From assembly GCA_964016885.1 (NCBI GenBank), contig OZ024744.1, forward strand, positions 36,518,001 through 36,582,000: a stretch of 64,000 nt of DNA, in the 5' to 3' direction. The position numbers and the translations under genes are program-made. The stretch comes from Eledone cirrhosa (Eukaryota). Of this stretch, positions 1-13,159 are shown in pieces. The notes below the pieces were generated by a model. That model had not been told where the DNA came from. It made no database searches and worked only from the letters and a program-made list of their open reading frames with translations. Each line of letters begins with the position of its first letter. Position 1 is the first letter of the stretch.

Positions 1-1190
1 AGCTACAGTACATTAGCTACAATACATTGGCTACACTATATCAGCTAAACTACACTACATCAACTACACTACATCAGCTACCCTACATCAACTACACTCA
101 CCGGCTACATCACCTACATCAGCTACATCACCTACACTACACCAGCTACACTACATCAGCTACACTACATCGGCTACACTACATCGGCTACACTACATCA
201 GCTACTCTACATCGGCTACACTACAAACTACACAAACATCAGCTAAACTTCATCAGCTACACTACATCAGCTACACTACATTAGCTACAGTATATTAGCT
301 ACACTACATCAGCTACACTGCATCAGCTACACTACATCAGTTACATTACATCAGCTACACTACATCAGTTACATTACATCAGCTACACTACATTAGCTGC
401 ACTACATTAGCTACAGTACATTAGCTACATTACATTAGCTACACTACATCAGCTACTCTACATCAGCTACACTACATCAGATACACTACATCAGCTACAT
501 CAGCTACACTACATTAGCTACACTACATTAGCTACACTTCATCAGTTACACTACATCAGCTACACTACATCAGTTACCCTACATCAGTTACACTACATCA
601 GCTGCACTACATCAGTTCCACTACATCAGCTACATACATCAGCTACACTACATCAGTTACATACATCAGCTACACTACATTAGCTACACTACATTGGCTA
701 CACTACATCAGCTACACTACATCAGCTACATTAAATTAGCTACAATACATTGCCTACACTATATCAGCCAAACAACATCAGCTACGCTAGATCAGCTACA
801 CTACATCCATTACACTACACCAGCTAACTACATCAGCTACACTACATCTGCTACACTACATCAGCTACACTTCATTAGCTACACTACCTCAACTACACTA
901 GATCAGCTGCCCTACATCAACTACACTACATCAGCTACATCATCTACATCAGCTACATCAGCTACACTACATCAGCTACACTACATCAGCTACACTACAT
1001 TAGCTACACTACATTAGCTACAGTACATTAGCTACACTACATCAGCTACACTACATCAGCTACACTACATCAGCTAGACTACATCAGCTACCCTATTTCA
1101 GCTACACTACATCAGCGACACTACATCAGCTACACTACATCAGTTACACTACATCAGCTACACTACATCAGTTATACTACATCAGCTTCA
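1..1190. repeat. Minisatellite, ~14-bp unit (TACACTACATCAGC)n, degenerate, runs off the left edge
   Basis: Continuous repetition of actacatcagctac/actacattagctac variants. The ORFs at 27-284 and 694-1017 are translations of this repeat. Confidence 0.95.
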
Positions 1191-1254
1191 TCAGCAATAT
1201 CCGAAAGAATTTATAATCTATTTGAAACATTGTATATGTTATAAGAATTTGAAT

Positions 1255-1583
1255 TTTGAAAGACACGACAATGCGGGTTTGGAGGGAAAATAATGAAGTC
1301 GTAAGAAACGGGGTTTCTATTTTTTCCCTTGATTTGTTCTGATATTTCGAGTCACTATTTAATTTTCCGATGTCGCTTGCTATAGCGAGCGACATCGGAC
1401 GCTAGAATAGCTTCTTTATGGCAAACCACATCGGACTGGAATAGTTCCTTTATTTTCCTCGGAACAAGAGATATTAATCTAGAAATATGAGGACATATGA
1501 ATAAATTAAGTTCATAAAAACCACCCCTGCTTCTTACGATTGATTTATTTTCCGTCCAAACCCGCATTGTCGTGGCTTTCAAA
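1255..1583. mobile_element. MITE-like foldback element with ~60-bp imperfect inverted ends and an internal 34-bp near-perfect palindrome
   Basis: 1255-1313 tttgaaagacacgacaatgcgggtttggagggaaaataa..tcgtaagaa is the imperfect reverse complement of 1524-1583 ttcttacga..ttattttccgtccaaacccgcattgtcgtggctttcaaa. The palindrome tccgatgtcgcttgcta|tagcgagcgacatcgga is at 1366-1399. Confidence 0.6.
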
Positions 1584-1893
1584 CTTCGAAACTTTCTAAT
1601 ATTAATGCTTAACTGTATAAAATCTTAACCCTTTCAAATATTTTTTCCTTTTATTGGAGATCTGAATAATTGTGTATTACGGTAAATATAATCTTGTCTT
1701 GTTATCATGAAGCTTTCCAATATATTTAACTGCTTCTGCTCTTCACGATTATTACTATATATAATTAATGCTTCCCGATATGTAACTGAGAACTGTTCTA
1801 TTATGATATGTGGGATTAAATTTATATTAATCGTATGTAATGTTATTTTAACATGTTTCTGGCATACATACGTACAAATATATACATACATGA

Positions 1894-2405
1894 ATGGTGG
1901 CTGCCAACTCGTTTTCGAGTACGGCCACTACTTTATATCTATGTAGGAGAACCCCTATCGATGCGCTGAACGAGTGTGACTTTTTAGTCCAGCCAGCGAC
2001 TTGAAAACTCTGGTACAAACACTACACTTGTGACAATTATTGACACAGTGCTATATATATACACATATACACACATATAAATACATATGGTGGCTGCCAA
2101 CTCGTTTTTGAGTACGGCCACTACTTTATATCCATGTAGGAGAACCCCTACCGATGCGCTGAACGAGTGTGACTTTTTAGTCCAGCCAGCGACTTGAAAA
2201 CTCTGGTACAAACACTACACTTGTGACAATTATTGACACAGTGCTATATATATACACATATACACACATATAAACACATATGGTGGCTGCCAACTCGTTT
2301 TTGAGTACGGCCACTACTTTATATCCATGTAGGAGAACCCCTACCGATGCGCTGAACGAGTGTGACTTTTCAGTCCGGCCAGTGACCTGAAAACTTTGGT
2401 ACAAT
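1894..2405 (-). mobile_element. Three tandem 193-bp copies of an RTE-LINE 3' end (C2H2 finger, 3' UTR, microsatellite tail)
   Basis: Units start at 1894, 2087 and 2280 and match 6311-6468. The minus strand there reads CHKCSVCTKVFKSLAGLKSHTRSAHR*, a C-terminal zinc finger of the kind seen in RTE ORFs. Confidence 0.7.
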
Positions 2406-2651
2406 CACTACTTAGTTTAAGTTTATCTAGGGCCCATTCTAAATTTGTAAGCTAATTCACCTCTAGGGGTTGTATTGATGAACATTACACTCTGGTATTT
2501 ATTGCAATCATACCATGAGTTTATTCTATTAACCTTATTCCTAGTTCTTTCTATTCTACTCCAAAATGTGCTCCTATACTGGCTCCTCTATATACTCTGA
2601 TTTTATCTCTGTGAGGAGCCAGAACCAAATGGGAAAACATGGTAAATAATG

Positions 2652-2654
<3 letters not shown>

Positions 2655-2691
<37 letters not shown>

Positions 2692-2861
2692 GCTCTCATG
2701 CATACACACGCATACACACATTCAAACGCACACGTATACATACATATATACACACGCACGCACATATATATATACATACATTCACACACACACACATATA
2801 TATATATGCATGTATATATACATACACATACATATATATATATATACACATATATATACAT

Positions 2862-2902
<41 letters not shown>

Positions 2903-2953
2903 TATATACATACACATAAATACACATATACACACATACACACGCATATATAA

Positions 2954-2994
<41 letters not shown>

Positions 2995-3014
2995 CATATA
3001 GGTACATATATATT

Positions 3015-3036
<22 letters not shown>
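2655..3036. repeat. Compound (TA)n/(CA)n microsatellite
   Basis: Read directly from the sequence. It represents dozens of similar tracts across the window (e.g. 5720-6300, 36643-37060, 42271-42598, 55790-56470). Confidence 0.95.
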
Positions 3037-3039
<3 letters not shown>

Positions 3040-3048
<9 letters not shown>

Positions 3049-4779
3049 AAATTGAAGCTGGTAATGGCACATGGAATATATAAGAGACAGAATACTTTTT
3101 TGTGAAAAAACATAATTTTATAAGGTAAGGAAATAATAAAGGGTATAAAAAATGACCGGTTTCGATGGGTCTGCAAAAGCCATCTTTTCAAATGTTGATT
3201 AATATTAAGAAAAATTAATAATACGAAGAGTTAAAATTTGAGACTTGAAAATTCAAGTATAAAATTCATTGTGGGATTTCATAGCAGTTTTCATCTAGGT
3301 AGCAACAACAGGTTGACTGCTGTGTTCCTTTCTGGTAGTGAATGAGAAGTTATTTGGGGTGTGGGTTATTTTATAAAGGTCAGATTTAGCAATCACCAAC
3401 TGGCCAGCTGCTGGTCAGTGAGGGGGTGGAAGCAATATACATACACATATTAATTAATAATACGAAGAGTTAAAATTTGAGATTTGAAAATTCAAGTATA
3501 AAATTCATTGTGGGATTTCATAGTTTTCATCTTGGTAGCAGCTCGTTGACTGCTTCTGGTAGTGAATGAGAAGTTATTTGGGGGTGTGGGTTATTTTATA
3601 AAGGTCAAATTTAGCAATGGCCAGATGGCCAGCTGCTGGTCAGTGAGGGGGTGGAAGCAATATATTCTTGAAACACACAAGATCCTTAAAAGTAAAAGAC
3701 AACCCAAATCACTAAAACGCATTCTCACTGGACCAAATATACCCAAACCAATCCCCAACCCTACAGTTACCAAATGTGGTAGAACAAACTGTGGAACGTG
3801 CCTCTACCTCACTGAAGGACAAAAATTTACATTTAAAGATGGCCAAACATTTACAGTAAAAAACAATTTCACCTGCAACTCGGAGAACTTGATTTACGCA
3901 ATAACTTGCGGTGGGTGCAAACACAACTACATAGGACAGACGGGCACCTCATTACGCAAAAGAATGACCATCCACCGCCAACAAATCCGGGACGCTACCA
4001 CAAGAAAAATCCCCTTGAGCAGCCATATTGCGAACTGCGCAGGAATAACACTACCCAACTTTAAAATCTTCCCCTTCTACAAGTGCTCAGATTCGTTCAC
4101 ACAGCAACAAAGAATAAACAAAGAAAATCTATTCCTTAACAAACATAAACCAAAACTAAACGGGTTATCACCCCAATAGAATTGTCATAAAATATAAACA
4201 CACATACGCACGGAATCACTACTATTAAAGACCAGAGACCAATTCTGTAGAATCAGGTTTATTCGTTGACAGACCATGCCTTTGTGTGACCAACACATCC
4301 ATGTTAAACCCTGCACGTGCACACACATATATCTATATATATATATGCGCACACAGATTTCACCACTGTCGGTTGCGGGGCCCAATCTACATGAAGAACT
4401 CAATGTGATCAGAATGACTTGTATTTTAATTTCACTGCCCTAACTTCTTATATTATGGAAACAATATATGTGTATGTATGTATATATATATATTTGGAGG
4501 CTATTTCTCTGTGTGGGTGTATGTATGTGTATATGTGTGTGTGTGTGTATGTGTGTGCATGTGGATGTATGTATTGTGTGTGCGCGTGTGTGTGTGTGTG
4601 TGTGTATGTATGTGTGTATCTGGATGTATGCGTATGTGTATATATATATGTGTGTGTGTGTGTATATATATATGTGTGTGTATGTGTATATATGTGTATG
4701 TGTGTGTGTGTGTTTGTATGTGTGTATGTATATATATGTGTGTGTGTATGTATGTGTGGGTGTGTGTATATATGTGTAG

Positions 4780-4821
<42 letters not shown>

Positions 4822-4884
4822 ATGTGCATATGTGTGTGTGTGTATGTGTGTATGTATATGTATGTGTGTGTGTATGTATGTGTG

Positions 4885-4937
<53 letters not shown>

Positions 4938-5481
4938 ATGTATATGTATATATATGTATGTGTGGATGAAGGTATGTGTGTATATACAGGTGTAAGTGCA
5001 CTAAATCCCTTTCTATCAATCTCCCCTCTCCTACCGAGCACAGGAAGATATATGTATGTATATTGCTTCCACCCCCTCACTGACCAGCAGCTGGCCATCT
5101 GGCCATTGCTAAATTTGACCTTTATAAAATAATCCACACCCCCAAATAACTTCTCATTCACTACCAGAAGCAGTCAACGAGCTGCTACCAAGATGAAAAC
5201 TGCTATGAAATCCCACAATGAATTTTATACTTGAATTTTCAAATCTCAAATTTTAACTCTTCTTATTATTATTTTTTCTTAATATTAATCAACATTTGAA
5301 AAAATGGCTTTTGCAGACCCATCGAAACCGGTCATTTTTTTATACCCTTTATTATTTCCTTACCTTATAAAATTATATGTTTTTTCACAAAAAAGTATTC
5401 TGTCTCTTATATATTCCATGTGCCATTACCAACCTCAATTTTCTCTATAACCTTCGTTTTGTGTAGTAAATTACACTTTTC

Positions 5482-5483
<2 letters not shown>
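3040..5483 (+). mobile_element. Penelope-like element family A (Neptune-like), 5'-truncated copy with inverted partial pLTR pieces at the 5' end
   Basis: 3664-4179 encodes the Cys linker and GIY-YIG endonuclease (KCGRTNCGTC..NLIYAITCGGCKHNYIGQT) and is nearly identical to 32460-32975. Segments 3040-3450 and 3450-3663 are reverse complements of the 3' terminus at ~5050-5447. Confidence 0.92.
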
Positions 5484-5512
<29 letters not shown>

Positions 5513-5519
<7 letters not shown>

Positions 5520-5650
5520 ATTATGTAATAAACAACATAAGGCAATTATTCCATTTACCAGTGGTTTCTTAAAAGCAAAAGGTTTTGCTTTTAAGAAACC
5601 ACTGGTAAATGGAATAATTGCCTTATGTTGTTTATTACATAATAATAATA
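5513..5650. repeat. Perfect 68-bp inverted repeat with a 2-nt spacer, built from a PLE-type pLTR end
   Basis: 5513-5580 is the reverse complement of 5583-5650, with centre gg. The right arm and its flank (to ~5715) are homologous to 18326-18442. Confidence 0.9.
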
Positions 5651-5716
5651 ATTAAGCTCTGTTGCTTACATAGAGCACTCTTTTTTCCTGGACTTTTCCG
5701 ATGGAATTACTTCATT

Positions 5717-5816
<100 letters not shown>

Positions 5817-5842
5817 CATATATATATAAATATATATGTACC

Positions 5843-5903
<61 letters not shown>

Positions 5904-6106
5904 TTATATATGCGTGTGTATGTGTGTATATTTGTATTTATGTGTATGTATATATATGTGTGTATATATATATATACACATATATATATATATATAGCAT
6001 GAAACTAAAAACCATATCATTTGTACTGCCATTCTGTTATCTGTTCATATAAGAAACTACATATATATATACACACATACACATATATACACATAGACAG
6101 ACATAC

Positions 6107-6149
<43 letters not shown>

Positions 6150-6310
6150 CGTATATATATATATATATATATACATACATATATATTTACATATATGTAA
6201 ATATATATACACATATATATATATATATATACATATATACATATATATATATATACACATACACACACACATACATATATATATACACATATACACACAT
6301 ATAAACACAT

Positions 6311-6903
6311 ATGGTGGCTGCCAACTCGTTTTTGAGTACGGCCACTACTTTATATCCATGTAGGAGAACCCCTACCGATGCGCTGAACGAGTGTGACTTT
6401 TCAGTCCGGCCAGCGACTTGAAAACTTTGGTACAAACACTACACTTGTGACAATTATTGACACAGTGCTGGGCCCATGGTACCATGTGACTACAAGTGCA
6501 GAGAGATCTCCAAATATAAGGCAATGCCTGTGCCGTGAAGCTTTTATAGTGAGCAAAGGTACTGCACAAAGCCAGTCCCACTCTCTTAACCAAGATGATA
6601 TTTACCAAAAAGAAGAACAAGTCAACATCATTGGATACCATCAGGGTTGCAGGTGTTATATCAGAGTTTTCCTTCTCCTAGAATTCTGCCTTGACAAAGG
6701 CTAAGGGGTCATGTCTCCCGGTGATTTTGGATGGCCATTGACTCTTAAGAGTTCCTTTGCCCTTTGACAGGTTTTGTTTTTACTCCTGCAGGATGTCCAA
6801 TGTCACCCTCCTCACCAAGAAACCTTGGTGGGGTTGCCAGTTTAGTCGCCAACGACCCGACCATGGGACAGGTTGTACTGGGATACATGTTACCAGTAGC
6901 ACC
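6311..6903 (-). mobile_element. Short non-autonomous RTE derivative (putative 5' UTR fused to the C2H2/3' end)
   Basis: The 3' part is in the same family as 1894-2405 (C2H2 CSVCTKVFKSLAGLKSH). The GC-richer 5' part (ggcgactaaactggcaacc...ggagaaggaaaactctg) resembles RTE 5' UTRs. There is no RT or endonuclease between them. Confidence 0.55.
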
Positions 6904-6956
6904 ATAAACACATATATACACACATAGACCCATATATAAATTAAAAAAATGCACAC

Positions 6957-7010
<54 letters not shown>

Positions 7011-7117
7011 GTATATATATATATATACATACACACATATATATACATATATAAATATAAAAATATATAAACACCTACATATAGACCTATATATATAAAT
7101 ATATATATAAATATAAA

Positions 7118-7815
7118 GAATTAGTATATCTCTCAACATAGATATATACAGATGCACACCTATGCTAGCAAATTTATAGGTTTTGTCTTAGTAACGTTTT
7201 GGTTCAATGCAAGGGGATGCAGAACAATAATATGAAAGACGTAAAATAAGAAAATTATAAAAATTAACTTACTTACTAAAATTTCACTGCAACTAATTAG
7301 TTTCTGAAAGGGAATAAACATGGTTTCCGAAGAAACGCACGGAGAAATTCTTTCGTCATGTGGGAAGTCTATTCTCAGCTAAGTTTCCAGGTAATGCGTG
7401 GACACAGGGAACTTATACAAAAATAACTCAGTGGATGGAAAAAAGCAAAGCGTGGACTAAGTTTCAAGACATTGCAAAAATCACTGCCTACTTGGTCGGT
7501 GGCAAATTCAAAAGAATCAATCACGTGACATCGAGGTTAATCGGTGTTAAGAAGACAACAGCCGAACCATTACTATGAACTATACTAGCAGTTTTGGCAA
7601 ATTTTTGCTCAACAAAATAATTTGGAGAAAATTATAACGAATTAGTATATCTACTAACATATATATATATATATAGATGCATACCTATGCTAGCAAATAT
7701 ATTGGTTTATATATAACTTTGTGGTTCAATGCAAGGGGATGCAGAACAATAATATGAAAGACGTAAAATAAGAAAATTATAAAAATTAACTTACTTACTA
7801 AAATTTCACTCCAAC

Positions 7816-7821
<6 letters not shown>
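7118..7821. repeat. ~180-bp direct repeats (7118-7299, 7639-7821), period ~521 bp, flanked by (TA)n
   Basis: Shared block gaattagtatatct...cctatgctagcaaat...ggttcaatgcaaggggatgcagaacaataatatgaaagacg...aactaatta. Confidence 0.85.
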
Positions 7822-7859
<38 letters not shown>

Positions 7860-7899
7860 TTTAGCGAGGTTTTTTATATGAAATCGTGTGTCGAAACAG

Positions 7900-8375
7900 A
7901 TATTGTTATACTTGGGGAGGGTCATATTTGCGTAATATTGCCAGAATTAATAACAGAACACACTCACTGTTTGGAATTAATAACACTATACACACACGCA
8001 AACGCATGCGCAAAGAAGACAAAATAAAATAAGATAAACAAACAAGCAAATAAATAAATAAATATATAGACAGACTGAATAAAAAATGGCGTAGACATAC
8101 AACACAACAGGAGGAACAAAGAATATAACACCACTGACGATGTTGCAGATGTGCAACGAAAGATTTATGTAAATTATGTAAACTATAAATATGTGTTTGT
8201 GTCTATATTGTATCTGTATTATTTTTGACCGTCGGTCAGTCAATGGCAACATTGAGGACCGAGTAAGTTAGATCGCAGATATAAAAGACAGCGAGAAGCG
8301 AAAACCAACCAAACAGTGAATGTGTTCTGTTATTAATTCTGGCAATATTACGCAAATATGACCGTCCCCAAGTAT

Positions 8376-8383
<8 letters not shown>
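7900..8383. repeat. ~75-bp inverted repeats, probably an inverted pLTR piece of a PLE-type element
   Basis: 7900-7974 atattgttatacttgggga..gtcatatttgcgtaatattgccagaattaataacagaacac..cactgtttgg versus its reverse complement at 8309-8383. Confidence 0.8.
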
Positions 8384-8406
<23 letters not shown>

Positions 8407-8699
8407 CAAAATATACATATACATATATACATACATACATACGCACATACATACATACAAATATGTATATATATATATATAAACAAATATATATGTATAT
8501 ATATATATATACACATATATATACATACACACACATACACATATACGTAAATATATATAAACGCACGTACACACAAACATACGCATACAATCGTACGGCC
8601 ACTCATACAAATATGTACATACATACATTCATAAATATACACAAATACACACACATATATACAGTATTAAGATGAAGAACGCTCTACATGCGAAAAGAG

Positions 8700-10540
8700 T
8701 AGTTAGGTAAGAAGTACTTACATGACCATAGTGCCGTGTTTCGGGTCGGGAGAGGGTAGGGTAGGGTGGGAAGGAGGTGAAGGAGGTATTTTGTCGAATG
8801 GTGTTTAAAAAATAAATGGGAATCTTTTTTAGCCATTTGGCATTAACACTGGCTTAAGGTATTTGAAAATTGTAAAGTTTTTGAGCATGAAATTCGGGCA
8901 GTGTTCAGAGAGTTTGTTCAGTAGCTGGCCCTTGGCAAATAATATTTCGTAGCTCTCTGAGATACAAAGGTCGCAGCACTTGTGTCCTCCCTTGTATGAG
9001 CGCGCTTCCTGGAGTATTTTCCATTTAAGCGTGAAAGGGGTGGAGTTCCTTTTGAGGTCCCAGACATAGGAGGCGAGTGTTGTCTGATTTGATTTGTCCG
9101 GTCTACTGAAAGAGTGGGTATGGGCATACCACCGGGTCTTAAAATTATTGGTCATGCCGATGTAAGTCTTTTTGTTGTTGCTATCATCGGTGCCTGAGAT
9201 GTCATCAGATTTGTATACGTATACGTGTCATTTGTCAGGTATTTGTTTTCAAGTAGGCAGGCTTCCTTATTTAGCAAATTGCACAAGGCTTCAGTCCGGG
9301 GATTGGGTTCGGAGGTAGTTGGCTTATTTAATTTTTTAGAATTCAGATTTGGCTATATTAGGTAAGTTAGGTGGAGTGGAGTAGGGGAGTCTTATTGTGT
9401 TTCTATTGAAGATGGTGTAGTACCTATGTTGTATGGGGATGTGTGTGTTCAGAGACCTCTCTATTGAAGGAGGGGGTGTTGTACCAACTAATCTGCCTAT
9501 GCCTATTCCTCCTAGGTATACTTGCGGTGGTTTCTAGGTAAATTATATTTTCTTTAAATCCGCTGCGGGCGAGGGCGTCTTTGTAGTAGGAGGCGGAGGC
9601 GTTAAATATATCTTCATTGGCCGAGAGGTCAGAGATTCTAATTGAGACGCTTTTTACTAAGTTATCAGTGATGTTTTGGGGGTGGTTAGAATTAACATTA
9701 ATATATCTAAAGGAACTCGTAAGGTTTGCGGTACGGGTAATAGAGGGAAGTATCTAGGTCGAGGGTGACATCTAAAACGTTGGCCCTAGTCATATTAGAT
9801 TCTATGATTATACAAAATCCTAGATTACGGAAAAACGAGCTTAAGTTTATCTGAAACCTATCAGTGGTTCTGGGGTTAACCTGGTGCAAGGCTAAGAGGC
9901 CATCGTCTCGGTATAAGCCTCCGGTGAGGCCAGTAAAGAGGTTCTTTAGGTGATGTAAAATGTACAGGCCCACGAGGTAGCTTATTTCAGCCGAATCACT
10001 CGCTGACGTCAAAGGGGGTCTGAGACTTCTTGTTGATCCAGTAAGATCTCTCATGAGGTAAGAAAGTCTTACGGGCATGGAGGATTATATATTGCTCAGT
10101 GTCAGTTATGGTGGTAAAGATCCTGGCAAATGTTAGTGCGTCCTTCAGGAGGGGCTCTGAGATAGAAGCATAGTAGTCTTCTATGTCGAGTTGCAGGAAG
10201 CGAGTGTGGCATCTGTCGGGCAATTCTTGGAACCAAGAAATTGCCTCAGATGTTTTGCTCAGATGTTTTGAGTGGGGGTGGTGAAGCTGCCCGCAATGAT
10301 GGTAGAACTCTATCGAGGATCCTTTTGCTGATAGAGCCGATGTCCGATGCGTGGGGTTGATAAGTCTGACTGATGGTTTGTTGAGGAAGTTTCCATTGTG
10401 GTCCTTCAGGGTAAAGTGCAGGGTCTTTACACTTAAAGGTTCCGTTCGACCGTGTATTTTAAGGGACTTGGCGATTTCTTTTCCGACCGCATTTGTCTCA
10501 GTCAATGCCATCTCATTTACCTTTTTGACGGATCCATGTC
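8700..10540 (-). mobile_element. Penelope-like element (Nematis-like), decayed RT + GIY-YIG
   Basis: Fragments TLKDHNGNFLNKPSVRLINP, LQLDIEDYYASI, GGLYRDDGL, LDVTLDL, and endonuclease YIGMTNNFKTRWYAH..LASYVWDLK..WKIL..CDLCISE. Multiple frameshifts. The 3' boundary is approximate. Confidence 0.9.
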
Positions 10541-10564
10541 GTTCACTGGAGGGACCACCTAAGT

Positions 10565-11221
10565 GATGTCGAGATTTTGGAAAGTTCTCTGTGTGACAGT
10601 ATAGAAGTTCTTGTGCTTAAGCAAAGACTCCGTTGGAGTGGTCACCTTGCCAGGATGAAGGATTCTAGAATACCAAAACAGCTCTTTTATGGAGAGTTAG
10701 TTAACGGAAAACGACCTCCACATAAACCAAAAATGAGGTATAAGGATTCCTTGAAAGCCTCTGTGAAAGAGGCTAACATCTCTGCTGATACATGGGAAAA
10801 TATTGCTGCTGATCGTAATAAATGGTGAAAGACTGTATATGAGGGAAAAGTTGCCTTTGAGGCATCTCGAATCGCATACAATAAAGTAAAGCAGGATGTG
10901 AGGGAGGGCATTGCTGTTGCATTTCCTGACTGCGAAGGTCCTCCTATGGCGCTGACATGCAGCGTCTGTGCGAGACTCTGCCTAAAAAAAGGTGGACTCG
11001 AAAGTCATCTTCGCAGTCATAAAGTGAGACCGGTGGTTGTTTACCACGCTGCCGTTGATAGAGAATGTAAATCAGCAGGAGGGCTCAAACGACATGCAAA
11101 AGTACATGAACTCCAACCACAGCCGGCTATTCCCAGTGAATGTTTTGGTTGCCAACTCTGTGCAAGACATTTTAGAACATTGGCTGGGCTAAAAAGCGAC
11201 ATTCGATCGCAGCGCTGTTAG
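10565..11221 (+). mobile_element. RTE LINE 3' fragment with tandem C2H2-type zinc fingers
   Basis: QRLRWSGHLARMKDSRIPKQLFYGELVNGKR..PKMRYKD..WENIAADRNKW, then CSVCARLCLKKGGLESHLRSH, CKSAGGLKRHAKVH and [16 protein letters not shown]. Confidence 0.9.
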
Positions 11222-11261
11222 TTGCTATCGTGTGTGTGTGTGGATATGTTCATGTGTGTGC

Positions 11262-11303
<42 letters not shown>

Positions 11304-11322
11304 GCACACACATGAACATATC

Positions 11323-11905
<583 letters not shown>

Positions 11906-12292
11906 GACACCTGGAATATATATTAAGAGAAACTTCACAATAAGGAGAATCACCCCAACACTTGAATCTGTTGATGGAACCCTCTCTGCCTTTGTCACCC
12001 TTATTCCAGCCTTAAAGAATAAGCTTCTAAAGAATTCCCCTTTTCTTTAAACCATTGAACCCCACCCATCCTGTAGACACCAGTCTTACAGGCATTGTTA
12101 GTCTAAGTGATAAACAAGGATTGGTATTCCAAATATGATTTTGTTTACAGTATTCTTTCTGCCTTTGTTAATATTATAGCTTTAAAGAATTAGTTTTTAA
12201 TGAACTCCCTTTTCTTTAAATCCTTCAACCAATGACCCCCACCCATTCCAATCCCCACCCTATCCTACCATCAGAAAAGAAAATATATAAAT

Positions 12293-12329
12293 ACCACTGA
12301 TGATTTCTCACGAATGAAACAGTTCTAGT
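12293..12329 (+). ncRNA. Minimal hammerhead motif at a pLTR-type 3' end; related copies at 52300-52335 and, as half-copies, 57222-57290
   Basis: ACCA-CUGAUGA-UUUC[UCAC]GAAU-GAA-A[CAGU]U-C/UAGU. All copies share the tail gaaacagttctagtcct(a/g)tagaagc or part of it. Confidence 0.5.
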
Positions 12330-12756
12330 CCTATAGAAGCTCTTCTATATATATATATATATTGAGGTTATATGCGTGCGTGTGTGTATGTGTGTGTGCA
12401 TGTATGTGTGTATGCATGTATGTGTGTGTGCGCGCGTGTGTGTATGTGTGTATGTGTACGTGTTTGTGGGTGCGTGCGTGTGTTTGTTTACGAGAGTGTG
12501 TTTGAGTAATTTGTTTACGCCTACACTTTCAAATCTTATTCTATTAGCTATGGGAAATAAAAGTCTTCTATTTTGGGGAAGATCGCTGACCCTCTATGAG
12601 AGGAATTTGAAAATATCTTTTAAAAGTATGAAGTAAATTGATATTGATTTCTTTATGTAGTAGCATTTCCTTCCAGTTTTAGGGAGCCAATAGGAGTAAC
12701 AGGAAGATGCGGTCGACACGCTGTGTACTTGTGTAAGAAATTGTGTTTCAGATTGC

Positions 12757-12827
<71 letters not shown>

Positions 12828-12828
<1 letters not shown>

Positions 12829-13156
12829 TGCAAGGATGTTGGATAAGATCCATGAGCTTGGCTGGTTACATTTGGGGGATCCAGCCGGATATGTTGGTGA
12901 TGGTTGCTTCTGACAGGACCCGCTGGAAAGAGTGTTTCAGGACTTCCACTCCCCCTGACACACACACACACATGCCCCCTCCCCCCGACTTTCTCAAGAA
13001 GAAGAAGAAGAAGAAGAAGAAGAAGAAGAAGAAGAAGAAGAAGAAGAAGAAGAAGAAGGAGGAGGAGGAGGAGGAGGAGGAGGAGGAGGAGGAGGAGGAG
13101 GAGGAGGAGGAGGAGGAGGAGGAGGAGGACGGCGACGACAACGACGAGGAGGAGAA
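12828..13156 (+). mobile_element. RTE-type 3' remnant followed by an (AAG)n(GAG)n trinucleotide tract
   Basis: WIRSM...VASDRTRWKEC resembles the RTE C-terminus. (aag)n/(gag)n runs ~12996-13128. Confidence 0.5.
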
Positions 13157-13159
13157 CAT

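Noticed and set aside
27-1017. His/Tyr/Thr-rich ORFs; also a superficial CRISPR-like periodicity
   Set aside because: This is a pure 14-bp tandem repeat with no unique spacers, in a eukaryotic context.
2574-3191. Long YI/CV/HT-rich ORFs (also 4419-5161, 30853-31529, 33082-33984, 55767-56737 and others)
   Set aside because: They are translations of (TA)n/(CA)n microsatellites, which lack stop codons in several frames. They are not proteins.
3562-4179. 205-aa ORF as a stand-alone GIY-YIG nuclease gene
   Set aside because: The first ~34 codons come from the inverted pLTR and are fused by chance to a truncated PLE ORF. The start codon is GTG.
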